This document shows positions 42,826 to 57,686 of a DNA stretch of 64,000 bases, in pieces (position 1 is the stretch's first letter; each line of letters starts with the position of its first letter). The DNA lies in assembly GCA_964106645.2 (NCBI GenBank), contig OZ067040.1. The stretch is one strand, 5' to 3'. The translations under genes and the position numbers were made by a program. The notes under the pieces are model-generated. The model did no database searches. It was given only the letters and a program-made list of their open reading frames with translations, and was not told the origin of the DNA. This stretch comes from Podarcis pityusensis. Its lineage: Eukaryota.

Positions 42826-43899
42826 TGATTTGATTATTGCAAAGATCTAGCATGATCTGCTTCTTTTTCTTTTGTACCTGCTTTATTAAAGTGTGATGTT
42901 TCAGTTTGCCAGTTGGGCTTTACAAGGCAAAGGTCACTAATGAGATACACAGATGGGCACCCTGAGCCAGGAGATCCAAGAGTCATTCAGGCTGAGCATG
43001 TGCCAGCAAGACTGATCTCAAAGTCACACTGATTTTAGGACAAAAAATAATAATTTTCCTCCAGTTTTTGTTCATGACTATGGTAGCAACTGGAAGGAAG
43101 ATTTCCAGGTGCAGAAAAGGGTAGGATGGTTGTCTGGGCTATTCTGGACAGTTAGATGCTTGGCTGTAGGTGGGTGTCTTTTGGTATTGGTTGGAAGTTA
43201 ACAGCTCAGGGATCTCTCTAAGCTACTGACAAATACTGTTGTAATTGAAATAGGATATGAAGGATATTTGGCTTTAGAAATTCCAAAAGTTTCCAGGCCA
43301 CTGTTTTCTGATGTTTACTAAGAATCTCCTTTCTTGTAACTGTGAGCCGTTAGTTTGTGTCCTACCCTCCAGAGCAGGAGAAAACACGCTTGCTCCATCT
43401 TCCTTCTAACCGCCCTTCAGATATTTGAAGATAGCTATCTTGTCTTCTTTCAGTCTCTTCTGGTTAGAGCCAAGGTGATAGTGTGTGGTTGGGTGTGGGG
43501 ATTGGGGACAAGCTGGTACTCTCTGGTAGCGACATAGAACACTTAGGAAATACATTACCACAAGACATGATGATCGCTAGTTTAGCTAGGTTTAAGCAAA
43601 AGGATTGGGCATTTTAAAATGTAGGTCTGTGTCTGGGGCCTCATGTTCAGAAACAGTATATTATAGGCCTTATCACTAAATGCTGGGAACAAAGGGGATG
43701 ACTGTCTCCAACGTGCCTTATTTGTGAGTTTCCTGGTTGCATCTGGCTGTTGGTGCTAGACCAGATGGCTCTGGCTTCGTTTTCTGAATTTCTCACATTG
43801 TCTTCCACTGTTCTCCCATTTTCATTATTGGAACGTTTCTAGCTACTAGGTAACTGTTATTATTCAAATCCTAGAATGTATTTTTCTTTTACTTCTCAG

Positions 43900-44122
43900 G
43901 TAAAGCTATGAAGAAATGGGTTGAGTCAATTACAAAGATAATCCATAGGAAAAAGCAAGCACAAGCAATTGGGCCAAGTCACAATATTACTTTTGAAAGC
44001 TCACCACCTCCAATTGAGTGGCATATTAGCAAGCCAGGACACATTGAAACATTTGACCTGCTTACGTTGCATCCAATAGAAATTGCTCGACAGCTCACAT
44101 TACTTGAATCTGAACTTTACAG
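43900..44122 (+). CDS. SOS1: SOS1 exon 14 (copy 1)
   Basis: 223 nt, AG/GT; [15 protein letters not shown]...[10 protein letters not shown]. Confidence 0.93.
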
Positions 44123-44432
44123 GTAGCTCTGAAAACAATATTATTCTCTTCTACATCATAATATGCGAGCAATGTAGTGTTCGGTCCTGGTCATTTCTGC
44201 ATTCAGTTCTTACTAGCAAAGCTATTCATATTGCATTTAGGGAACAATGTTCCAAATTGTGACTCTAGTATATATTAATGTGAATTTGATATAGCTAGTA
44301 AAGTGATAATTTATTTTCATATGTTGGCATTTTGGAGCTCACTGTTAAAGAACGTATTATGAAAGCAAGATTTGTAAGCTGTAAGCTATAAGCTTCCAGA
44401 ACCTCATCCACAGATATAGCATTTAACTAGAG

Positions 44433-44558
44433 ATTTTTTTTGTTTGCTTTGTAGAATGCCATTGTTCTACCATCTACTTTTAACAACCAATTCTCTCCAA
44501 TTGGTTGTTAACAGTAGATGGTAGAACAATGGCATTCTACAAAGCAAACAAAAAAAAT
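44433..44558. repeat. 60-bp-arm inverted repeat (also at 52001-52126)
   Basis: arms 44433-44492 and 44499-44558, one mismatch, 6-nt loop. Confidence 0.92.
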
Positions 44559-44648
44559 GCAGTCAATGTTTTTTTCTGATTTGAGAATTATTGGTTATTT
44601 GTAATAATCTAGATGGAAGTAGTAGCTCAATTGACCATAAAATGATAG

Positions 44649-44807
<159 letters not shown>

Positions 44808-45098
44808 TAAGTTGCTTGAGTGCTTTGACTAAGATCTTCTAAATATTGATATTAACATCCAGGTCCATACAGAGCTAGTCTGAGACCCGAGATAGGATTC
44901 TTGTTAGAATGAAAAAAAAAAAAAAAAACCCAGCCAAAGGCATTAGGCCTTTGTTTGGACTGAGGGGTGGTTGTAGCCTCCGCCTGCCCCTCCTTATTAA
45001 GGGTATCTTGTTAAAGGGAACTGGGGGTGTGGATTCTGTCCGATGCCCAGATGTGGGCATGGACCATGCCACAACCCCAACGGGGATCCCTCAGGGTG

Positions 45099-45298
45099 NN
45101 NNNNNNNNNNNNNNNNNNNNNNNNNNNNNNNNNNNNNNNNNNNNNNNNNNNNNNNNNNNNNNNNNNNNNNNNNNNNNNNNNNNNNNNNNNNNNNNNNNNN
45201 NNNNNNNNNNNNNNNNNNNNNNNNNNNNNNNNNNNNNNNNNNNNNNNNNNNNNNNNNNNNNNNNNNNNNNNNNNNNNNNNNNNNNNNNNNNNNNNNNN
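45099..45298. other. assembly gap (200 N)
   Basis: run of exactly 200 n. Confidence 0.99.
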
Positions 45299-47649
45299 TT
45301 GGAGAAGTCCTGTTCTGTCAGCTTAAGTCCTTTTGCACAAGATTGGGTTGTGCAAAATCATAATGGGGGAAGGTGGGTGGGTTTGCCTTGGCTCACCTGG
45401 TATAGAAGCTCTGGCCCTCTCCATTCTACCCCATATACTGGGATGCTTTTTGTTGGTGACTAGTTTGTGTAAATGAATGGGAAGTTGGAATCGGGACCAT
45501 TAGCTCCTTGTGGTGCAAAAGTGGCCAGGTTGAGCAAATGGCATTTAAATTCAGTATGGGTTATTTGACAGAACTTTTACTTCTTCCCAAAGCCTTTGGT
45601 TTTTTTGGCCTCTGTTCACAGTTCTGTGTGTGGTAAAAGTTCATTTCCATTTCCTGATTTGGCCCTTCCAGTTTTGAAAGAGCTTGCAACTTTTTTTCTC
45701 TTGGAGGGTTGTGCTGTTCTATTTATAGAGCTTTGATACGTTGAATGCTTGTGCGTCAGCATAGTGTCCATTTCCTTTCTTAACGCATTCAGGAATGGTT
45801 ATTTATGATTTTTTTAGATGTTGTTGTTCTTTTAGCTTTTTAAAATGCCTGTTTGAGGAGAGATTTATCACATAGACAGACATCCTGACTTAACTGTGTG
45901 TGTGTATTTTTAACCAACGACTTGGCTCTATGAAGTCATTGCAGGAAAAGAATTTAGTAGGAAAATTGAACTTGCCGTAAAGTAACATCAAACAAAGTGA
46001 TAGAAAGGTATGAGTTTTATAACTAAATGTGCATACTGAATAGTGTATGTAAATGCATTGTTCTAATGTTGGGACAGAAGTTACAGTAGCTGTCCCTTAG
46101 CCCTGATCAAGAATGGGCCCTGGGTTGATGCCCTCCTTCCATTAAAGTCTACTTCTGTGCTCCAGAACATCCCAGGTCAAATTAACCCCAAGTGATTCTG
46201 GTGCATGCACAGTGAACCCCATGATTAAGGGTGAGAGGAATTCATGTCTGAGAGGTTGAGGGCTATATGAAAGGAGTGCATGAGGCTTATTCTCTCCTTG
46301 TAGGTAGTAGGAAATTCAGTATGGGGAAGGTCCCATCTCTGGGATTGGGTAGGCAGGACCTCTCCCCAAATCCATTCTTGGTCAGGGAAGGCTTTTACAA
46401 AGCTCACCCAAAGAGCTGAAGGTCATGTGAAGACACACTAATTAGGGTAACTGCATTCAAGTTGTTTCATGTGCTGTGCAGTAGGGCCTTGACTTCCTCT
46501 TGCTGCAGTCTGAAGGAACCATGATGGTTAAATTCAACCCTTCAAGAGTCTCGAACCACCATAGACGTGGTAGCAGTGGACACTTTAAAATATTCAACAT
46601 TGATCCTTGTCTTCTAATTTGGAAACAACAGAACTAAAAACAGTGTAAGCTTGCCAGGGAAGAGGATAAGATTTCTGGTTCAGGAGAGTTGTCTCTTGTT
46701 AAAATTGTAAAGAAGCAGAAGCCTTTTTTCTAGTTATTAGTACTGTATTTTTGTTGTTGTAAAAGGTACTCGATATTTCAGTGGGTTGTGCAATGGGTTT
46801 AAATCATACTTTTAGTTATACTGCTATATGATTACATTTGGCCTTTGGCAAAACAATAAAGATTTGTGTTTGTCCCTAGCTAAATCTTCAGTCAGAGTAG
46901 CTTTAACCAAATAGTTTTGCTCAGAGCCTTTTAGGTTCTGTACAGCAGATGTGCTTATCCTGGGATTTACTGCTGCTTGACATCCTTAAGTTAAACACCC
47001 TCCTGTGTACAAGAAAGAAGGGGAAAACTCTTTCTTGATAGGCTTCTGTTCTTCTGGTAGATAGTACATTCTGACCACCCATCAGATGATGTGTTTTCGT
47101 GTTTGAGTATGGTTTGCATTGTTATTTGATTCTCTCACATGTGTAGTTTCCTACCTTGGAGCTTCCTTCACGATCTAGGGACACATTTCACCCCCCCAAG
47201 CAGTAGCAGCTAGCAGGGCAGCCCAGCCTGGTGGGTGCTATTCACCTAGCTTCCCAATGCTACACTCACTGCTGACTACCGAAAGGGGGAGGGACAAGGC
47301 AGCAGGGAGCTTGGTGTGGTGTGGGCACAGTGGCAAAGCCGGTCCAATGCCCCCATCAAGCTCCTTACTGTCTTGTCCCTCTCTCAGTAACCGGCAATGA
47401 CATGCAGTGTTATTAGGCGAGATGTGCAACACGACCCTGCTTCCCCACTGGCTACTACTCCCTTCAGCAAAATACAGTTGGCTCCGCAGTCCCAGAAGCA
47501 AGATGTTGCTTTACCTAAGTACCTTTTCGCCTACAAAGAGAGCAGAAATCCATCTAGAATGAATGCCCTTTCCCCATTCCCTCAGCCATGATTAGGTGAC
47601 ATCTCTTACAACTGCATCAGACTCCAGGGTTTGAGGCTTCTGAAGTTAA

Positions 47650-47805
<156 letters not shown>

Positions 47806-49198
47806 TAAGAGGACTTTTCTGAAATACTGTGTTGTAATTTTGGTTCTCTTCTTCTGAGATGAGTTTTTAAATAACACTTTTATCCTATGGAAAGGGGGGG
47901 TGCATGTGTGTGTGCGTGCTTATGCCTATTCCCTCTTCCCCCTAAGCACATCCTGACTATTGTCCACTACTTCCAGAATAGAAGTTAAGGGAGACTAAAA
48001 ATCTCCCTTCCTCTAATAGAGCAGTCCCATCAGTGGAAATCTGTCCGTGGGAAACCTGAAGCCAACCCATTTTTCTTTACAGATTTGCATTTAAGAAAAA
48101 CCCAAATGCAAATTTCATGGGAAACAATTTCTTCCCAATTTAGTGTGAATCTTCAATTCCACATTCTGTGCTTTACATGCATACCTAAATAAATGAAGTT
48201 ACAGCACATGACAGCTCTAATGTGTATGAAATTAAACACATATTTAATTTGAGGTACAGTGGTATCTCAAGTTAAGAACTTAATTTGTTCTGGAAGCCCA
48301 TTCTTAACCTGAGGTACCACTTTAGCTAATGGGGCCTCCCGAGGCCACCGTGCGATTTCTGTTCTCATTCTGAAGCAAAGTTCTTAACCCGAGGTACTAT
48401 TTCTGGGTTAGCAGAGTCTGTAACCTTAAGCGTATGTAACCTGAGGTACCACTGTACAGGCAATTTTCCATTCACATGTGCTCTATTTGCATGTAACTAT
48501 GTGCACATGGGGTGCCAGGAACCCAAAAGTGGATCCAGAAATGGGCATCACCCTGGAGAGTCCTCCTAGCTCATGGGGAGACTTTCCCCAGAGCCTCCCC
48601 ACCTAACATCACATCAGCTGAGCAAACCCTGCAGCCCCCTAACTCAAGTGAGCCGGTCTGACTGCCTCAGCTGATGTGTGAGGAAGAAGCTTCCCTCCGC
48701 GTCAGCTGTGCAAACCCCGCTGCCCTCTCTGGCTTATGCCTGATCAACAGTGGGGCTTGCTGAGTGACTCACTCCTCCAGGGTACTCCTGATATACACAG
48801 TTTTGGTTATACGCAGGGATGTCCGGACTGTAACCCCCACATAAATTGAGGGTTGTCTGCATTTAATGTGTAAAATACAAGTGCTATTCAGTTATGTCAT
48901 ACTAAGTAGTCAGATGCCTGTGTTGGCATCCATCTGTCTCAAGAGACAATGGAGTGCACCTCCAGGTGTGAAGTCAAACCACAGATGCCTGCATCTTTGC
49001 AAATTATTTCCATTTTACTCCAAACGATATTGAATTTATTTAATCTCAGATTGGTAACACTGTAGTATATTCCCTATTCAATCACACTTAAGGGTATTAT
49101 ACCTGTGTCAGTTGGAAAGCTTGAAATTTTAAAGGGGTTGTGGCCTTTCCCTTTCCTGCCTGAATGGAACTTTCCTAAATAAAATGTAAGAATGTTAG

Positions 49199-49399
<201 letters not shown>

Positions 49400-50276
49400 T
49401 AAGTAATCTTAAGTGTGTAAACTGCATCTTATTTAGATTTAGATCCCAGTTTTTAAAATCAGTGGGTGGGATCCAAAGGACTGTACAATGTTCTGTGCAT
49501 ATACCAGAGCTTTTCAACCTTCCCACCATTGTACTTTCAAAAAGCCACTTCTGATCCAGAGTTCCACATGACTGTTCTTTATTTGAAATATATGCTTCAA
49601 AGTTTGTGTAATTTCCTAATGAACTGTGCTACATTTATTAATGTAGTTATAATATGCCTTATCTGAAAATATTTCAGAAATGGCACTTCATCTACCTTGT
49701 GTTTCACTTGATAGTATTGTTGCTTATATATTTTCTTCATTACAGATCTTAATTCAGTGATACCATGCCTTTTCCAGAACATTATATCACCTAACTAATA
49801 TTGTCTCATATTCTGTATTGTTTATTCACCATTTTAATTCCACTAGATGATGCACAAGCCATTACAATCTAGAGGGAGATAGAATTCATCCTTGAGAGAC
49901 ATACTTTTTAACATTTTTAAGTGCACAGTAAATGTTAATTGGTAGCAGAACTTGAGGATGACCATAGACATAAACTGCGAATCAGCTTGACCTTTTGCTC
50001 TGGCTAGGTTTCCTACCACTGCACACATTCACTTATTACCCAGCTACCAGAGCTTGGACTGGAGATTGGGGGAACTCAGTGTTCTAGTCCTCCTTTTCGA
50101 GGCCCAGCAAGTCAGACAAGAGTTTTGGCATGGATCCTGACAGCTGTATGGCACTTCTTCAGGGAGTCAGGACAGTATATATGCTGTAAAATGAAACCAG
50201 CCCTACAGCTCTAGTAGACTTTGTCAAAAATAAATCATATAAACATTGTCCTCAAATATTGTATAATCTCTGTTAA

Positions 50277-50393
<117 letters not shown>

Positions 50394-51467
50394 TGATTTG
50401 ATTATTGCAAAGATCTAGCATGATCTGCTTCTTTTTCTTTTGTACCTGCTTTATTAAAGTGTGATGTTTCAGTTTGCCAGTTGGGCTTTACAAGGCAAAG
50501 GTCACTAATGAGATACACAGATGGGCACCCTGAGCCAGGAGATCCAAGAGTCATTCAGGCTGAGCATGTGCCAGCAAGACTGATCTCAAAGTCACACTGA
50601 TTTTAGGACAAAAAATAATAATTTTCCTCCAGTTTTTGTTCATGACTATGGTAGCAACTGGAAGGAAGATTTCCAGGTGCAGAAAAGGGTAGGATGGTTG
50701 TCTGGGCTATTCTGGACAGTTAGATGCTTGGCTGTAGGTGGGTGTCTTTTGGTATTGGTTGGAAGTTAACAGCTCAGGGATCTCTCTAAGCTACTGACAA
50801 ATACTGTTGTAATTGAAATAGGATATGAAGGATATTTGGCTTTAGAAATTCCAAAAGTTTCCAGGCCACTGTTTTCTGATGTTTACTAAGAATCTCCTTT
50901 CTTGTAACTGTGAGCCGTTAGTTTGTGTCCTACCCTCCAGAGCAGGAGAAAACACGCTTGCTCCATCTTCCTTCTAACCGCCCTTCAGATATTTGAAGAT
51001 AGCTATCTTGTCTTCTCTCAGTCTCTTCTGGTTAGAGCCAAGGTGATAGTGTGTGGTTGGGTGTGGGGATTGGGGACAAGCTGGTACTCTCTGGTAGCGA
51101 CATAGAACACTTAGGAAATACATTACCACAAGACATGATGATCGCTAGTTTAGCTAGGTTTAAGCAAAAGGATTGGGCATTTTAAAATGTAGGTCTGTGT
51201 CTGGGGCCTCATGTTCAGAAACAGTATATTATAGGCCTTATCACTAAATGCTGGGAACAAAGGGGATGACTGTCTCCAACGTGCCTTATTTGTGAGTTTC
51301 CTGGTTGCATCTGGCTGTTGGTGCTAGACCAGATGGCTCTGGCTTCGTTTTCTGAATTTCTCACATTGTCTTCCACTGTTCTCCCATTTTCATTATTGGA
51401 ACGTTTCTAGCTACTAGGTAACTGTTATTATTCAAATCCTAGAATGTATTTTTCTTTTACTTCTCAG

Positions 51468-51690
51468 GTAAAGCTATGAAGAAATGGGTTGAGTCAATTA
51501 CAAAGATAATCCATAGGAAAAAGCAAGCACAAGCAATTGGGCCAAGTCACAATATTACTTTTGAAAGCTCACCACCTCCAATTGAGTGGCATATTAGCAA
51601 GCCAGGACACATTGAAACATTTGACCTGCTTACGTTGCATCCAATAGAAATTGCTCGACAGCTCACATTACTTGAATCTGAACTTTACAG
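51468..51690 (+). CDS. SOS1: SOS1 exon 14 (copy 2)
   Basis: same sequence as 43900-44122. Confidence 0.85.
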
Positions 51691-52216
51691 GTAGCTCTGA
51701 AAACAATATTATTCTCTTCTACTTCATAATATGCAAGCAATGTAGTGTTCGGTCCTGGTCATTTCTGCATTCAGTTCTTACTAGCAAAGCTATTCATATT
51801 GCATTTAGGGAACAATGTTCCAAATTGTGACTCTAGTATATATTAATGTGAATTTGATATAGCTAGTAAAGTGATAATTTATTTTCATATGTTGGCATTT
51901 TGGAGCTCACTGTTAAAGAACGTATTATGAAAGCAAGATTTGTAAGCTGTAAGCTATAAGCTTCCAGAACCTCATCCACAGATATAGCATTTAACTAGAG
52001 ATTTTTTTTGTTTGCTTTGTAGAATGCCATTGTTCTACCATCTACTTTTAACAACCAATTCTCTCCAATTGGTTGTTAACAGTAGATGGTAGAACAATGG
52101 CATTCTACAAAGCAAACAAAAAAAATGCAGTCAATGTTTTTTTCTGATTTGAGAATTATTGGTTATTTGTAATAATCTAGATGGAAGTAGTAGCTCAATT
52201 GACCATAAAATGATAG

Positions 52217-52375
<159 letters not shown>

Positions 52376-52448
52376 TAAGTTGCTTGAGTGCTTTGACTAA
52401 GATCTTCTAAATATTGATATTAACATCCAGGTCCATACAGAGCTAGTC

Positions 52449-52889
52449 TGAGACCCGAGATAGGATTCTTGTTAGAATGAAAAAAAAAAAAAAACCCAGC
52501 CAAAGGCATTAGGCCTTTGTTTGGACTGAGGGGTGGTTGTAGCCTCCGCCTGCCCCTCCTTATTAAGGGTATCTTGTTAAAGGGAACTGGGGGTGTGGAT
52601 TCTGTCCGATGCCCAGATGTGGGCATGGACCATGCCACAACCCCAACGGGGATCCCTCAGGGTGACCCTATTTGATATAAGTCATTGGGCTCATCATATT
52701 GGTGGTTTACCCTTAGTTTGGCTGTCTGCAGATGGGCGGGAGTCGAGATACACCCAGTGCCTAAGCCAAACTGTGCACATTTGTAAACAATAAAGTTGTG
52801 GCCTATTTGAACCCATAAACCAAATCCACTTGTCCATGTGTTTATTGTCCACTAGGGAACTGTGGATCATGGGGCCTTGGCATGCAACA
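52449..52889 (+). mobile_element. possible solo LTR
   Basis: TG...AACA ends, TATA-like TATAAG (~52676) and AATAAA (~52789) in LTR order; no clean TSD found. Confidence 0.35.
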
Positions 52890-53563
52890 TCATTCCTGAG
52901 CTGCAGCTTGGCAAAATATTGGAGCTTCATAGAAGGAAATTAGTGTAGCAAGAACAATAATTCCTAAACTTCTCCATTGTTTGAAGTCCAAGAATTGAAA
53001 AACAGTATATTCTTTGAATTATGCACTGGTTTTAGACTGAGTTAGTAATCCTCAAATTGTGCTTTGAGAAATTAAATAATTAAAGGCTTGTCTGAGTTTA
53101 GTGGAGCTGCTGTTGGAGGAACCTGTCTTTTGCATGTCTCATGATTCACTTCTCTAATCTTGCTGCTCAGGGCCATTAATTTGGCTGCATCTCCACCAGC
53201 CATGATAAGATCATTCAGTCATTCCTGTTTATCATGTAGTAGAATTCCCTCCATAGGAGCGGATAGCCCATTGCATTGAGTTTTACTTCTCCAAACTGTT
53301 TCCTTCTTATCAAGAGGTGTGTTTCCTGATCGTGCAGAAACAAGAGGTGGGTTCTTCTGAAGGCAGACTTTTACTTTCCTACTGGTGTGCAAGTTTAACA
53401 GCTAATGTTCTCCCATTTGGATTCAGAAAAGAAGTTGGCTTCAGTAATTATATCAGCTGTTTGGAAACCCCTGTATTAAGTCACACTTGTCAAAATAAAA
53501 TTATATTAAATTGGTGCTTTTTAACATTCTTGTACTGATAAGTACATCTTTTTGTACATTTAG

Positions 53564-53726
53564 ATGCATCATAGAAACAGAAAACCTAGAGGAAAGAGTA
53601 ATTGTAGTATGCCGGATAATTGAGATCTTGCAAGTTTTCCAAGAACTAAACAATTTTAATGGTGTCCTTGAAGTTGTCAGTGCTATGAACTCTGCACCTA
53701 TTTACAGACTGGATCATACCTTTGAA
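53564..53726 (+). CDS. SOS1: SOS1 exon 16 (CDC25)
   Basis: 163 nt, AG/GT; [11 protein letters not shown]...[26 protein letters not shown]. Confidence 0.96.
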
Positions 53727-54277
53727 GTAAGTCACATGTAGATCTAGAAACTGTAATTGTTTTAACTGTTGCTGAATAAAGTATCATTGAAAAAAACAAA
53801 AAGATTTAAGCCAAAACCACTTTTTTCTTTTTCTTCAGTCTTCAGCATGAGCACTGGGTAGGCTGTTGGACACATTTTTCTTTACATAGAGATAATCTCA
53901 GGGTTACATTAAACACTTACAAAATGCAGTGCAAATGTTTGTTTTGTCCCATGTACAAGGGTATATGAAGCCACTGTGACATCTTGTTTATTTTGCCAAA
54001 AGTTCCTTTGTGCATCATGTCCCCATTTGCAGACTGCGTATATTCCCTAGACTGAGATTATCTCCATGGTGGAAAAGTATCGTGTTAAGAAGTAGTGTCT
54101 CTTCTCTCCACAAGAAAGTGGGGCTGAAGCTGAGCAATTGAAAACTAGAGCAAAAAATCAAGGGCACTTCCCAGTGCCACACATAATAGAACCCATTTTT
54201 TGATATGAAAAGCACTTCAATATGTAAGGGGTGAGTGAACCCTGCAAGTGAATCTGAGTATTTTGACTGGCCCTTAA

Positions 54278-54466
<189 letters not shown>

Positions 54467-56170
54467 TAAGATTTATTCTTGAAGAATATAAAATCACAAA
54501 TGTTGATAAGCCACAGAACTATTAAGAAACCATTTCTTAAATATATTAGTGGAGCTTGCTATATTGTTAGGAATAGCCAGGCATTTCAAAGAATCAGTAT
54601 TTCAACTTCAAAAGCTTTCCCCCCTGTTCAATATCAAATCCACAATTTCACTACATTTTAGTTGGAACCCTTGACCTGATTTTTCAGCTATCTTCATGTG
54701 TTAGGTACTAATACAAATTAGTATTTAACTCATTTAGAAACACTAAGCATTTGTGAAGTGTACTTTGTGGTTCTAGCTTAACCAGGGGAATATCAAGGGA
54801 TGGAGATCAGATAAAGTGCTCCAATTTATTCTGTGCTTTTTTTTTTAGCGCTGTTATACTCTACGTGATAAAGATACTTTCTGACTGTGCTTTGACAGTA
54901 GACTGATTCAGATGCAATGATCTCTGTCTAATAAACCATGGTGTTTTAAACAGAACAAACATTGTGCCTGTGTGCCTCCTCCTTTCCTTTCCCCTTCTCC
55001 ATTAGTGGTGAGGAATGCTAAATATAGAACACCTGAATATAGAATACTAGATCTGCTATATAAATAAGCCAGGGAGGCTCGCCTGATGCATTTGTTACAT
55101 ATTTTTAGGTGCCAGACAAGCCTTATTCCAAGTCTTTGGCTAATTAAACAATCCATGGCCTTTTAAATGGGCAGGGGGTATAATTGTTTTGGTCTGTTAT
55201 TATGGTATGTGTTTTTTGTTTTGTAAACTACCCCTATGATCTTTGGGTGAAGGTCAGTATAGACATTTTAATATTAATAATAATTATAAAGTTTCTCACT
55301 CACATTTTTTTACCAACCTATCTTGTGAGCATTCCTATTTATAAGATTAAAAGGATCAGGTTTTAGAAAATAGCTGCCTAGTTGCATGGAGGTAATTTAT
55401 ATGCTCTGCAGGCAGCCAGGAAAGTGGTTGTTTACAAACCTGTATTGTATTATTTATTTACATAATGACATTAGTACACATTATGCTTTGTATTGCAAGA
55501 ACACATAGCCCTGCCCCAAGGAGCTTATAATCTGAAATTTGACACACCAAAGGGGTGCTATGGAAGGTAGTAAAAAGGAATGTATTACTGTTTCAGTTGC
55601 ATACATGTAGCCTTGGTGATAGGGCATGGGGATTATGGGGTGGTACTAAAGGCTTCATGGAAACTGTGGGTTTTGAAGAAGAAGGAAAATAGGTAACATC
55701 ACAGATGGTCTAGAAGTCAGTGAAGGGTGATGGAGCTGGAGGAATGAAAGTCATGGATAGATACAAAAAAAGATATAAGAATGGCGAGAGAAGGAACTTG
55801 GAGGCCTTTGAAGGTAAGGGGAAAGAAGGGAAGTAGGGTCACTCCATTGGCTCTACTGTGAGACCTCCAGTCTTTCAGCCTTTCTCTCCTTCAGCACTTA
55901 TTAGCAACAGCCATTTTATCGGGCTGCAGAGCAGAGAGAGAGAAGGAAAGCAGGGCCATTTCATCCTCCTTTCCCTGAACAGTTGAAACCCCAGCTGGTT
56001 GTTATAAGAACACTGTAACCTGTCCTGGTACCTGCTTCACCCGCTCCATCCCCTCCTCCTTTTTCATTCTGTGTTAGGTCGGTTGCATTGTAAGCCTTGG
56101 TGTGTGTGGATAGACTAAGTAAAAAAATTCCTTCCTGTAGCACCTTAAAGACCAACTAAGTTAGTTCTTG

Positions 56171-56208
56171 GTATAAGCTTTCGTGTGCATGCACACTTCT
56201 TCAGATAC
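56171..56208 (-). ncRNA. minimal type I hammerhead ribozyme motif (antisense copy)
   Basis: exact reverse complement of 56277-56314. Confidence 0.7.
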
Positions 56209-56276
56209 ACAACCTTCAGATGTATTCTTTATTTATTCTTTATGTATTTATGTATTCTTCAGATACATAACCCTGT

Positions 56277-56314
56277 GTATCTGAAGAAGTGTGCATGCAC
56301 ACGAAAGCTTATAC
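56277..56314 (+). ncRNA. minimal type I hammerhead ribozyme motif (sense to SOS1)
   Basis: GUAU-CUGAAGA-A-GUGUG(CAUG)CACAC-GAA-AGCU-U-AUAC. Confidence 0.72.
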
Positions 56315-56927
56315 CAAGAACTAACTTAGTTGGTCTTTAAGGTGCTACAGGAAGGAATTTTTTTACTTCGACTATGGCAGACCAACACGGCTACCCATCT
56401 GTATGTGGATAGACTGTCTTTTAAAAATTATTATTGAGTGAGAGCCTTTCAGATGAAGAGCTGGTAGAATGGCAGGCAAAAAAAAAAAAAATGAGGATGA
56501 AATTCAAAGAGGGTGGTTGAGTGCATGCCATGAGTCTGGAAGCTAGTAACAAAAAGCTGAGGAAAGGGTTAGGAGGCACTGTGGAGTTTTGAAGGAGGGT
56601 GTAGAGGTGGGTAGAGAGGCAGGTGACAAAAGGTGTAGCTTGCCATTAGAATGGCTTGGTCACAAACGGGCATTAAGTGGGCAGTGCCCTTTGGCCACCA
56701 TCCTAGGTTAGTTAACCATGTGTTGAGATGAAGCCCAAACTTTGTTTCACCCCATGTAAGTAGCAGCAGCAAGGCCAGCTGGCACATCTGCTTGGAGGAG
56801 AGGAGATCAGGAATCCCTTTGTTGGATCTTCAGAAAAAAATTAAGTGCATAATTCAACCTTCCCAAAGCCTTTGTAGCTCTAACCTTAATTCTAGTTTTC
56901 CATTGAAAGACCATAACCATTTTATAG

Positions 56928-57215
<288 letters not shown>

Positions 57216-57419
57216 TGACCCAGGGTATTGGGCTGATTTTATTACACCTGAATTTATTTTCAGCCCTTAGACTGGCTCCCTACTCTACAGTCCTTTTATT
57301 TCTCAATTATCAACTTCTAGAGCATGTCCTCGTCAAATAAGAGTTGATTTTAATCTGGTTTTGCCGTTCAACAGATCTGTCGATTCTGTGTTAATCTTTC
57401 TGAATATTTTGGGTTTCAG

Positions 57420-57536
57420 AAATTTTTTGAAAATCTGAATCCAATGGGAAATAGCATGGAAAAAGAGTTTGCAGATTATCTGTTCAACAAGTCTCTAGAA
57501 ATAGAGCCACGTAACGTCAAGCCACCCCCAAGATTT
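57420..57536 (+). CDS. SOS1: SOS1 exon 19
   Basis: 117 nt, AG/GT; [39 protein letters not shown]. Confidence 0.95.
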
Positions 57537-57686
57537 GTGAGTATTTAGATTTTATTCTCAGTTAATGTATGCTATAAAATACAGTTGGAGCTGCACAAAC
57601 TTTTTAAAAGGGAAAAAAGTAAGTAATTTTACAGTAAAAACTATCAGTGTTCTTCGTATAAACAGTGTTTTTGGTTTTCTGTGCAG

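Larger units (their letters stand above)
56117..56403. mobile_element. Penelope-like element remnant (inverted pseudo-LTR ends)
   Basis: perfect 95-bp inverted repeat plus 3' extension; 12-bp TSD TGTGGATAGACT at 56105-56116 and 56404-56415. Confidence 0.82.
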
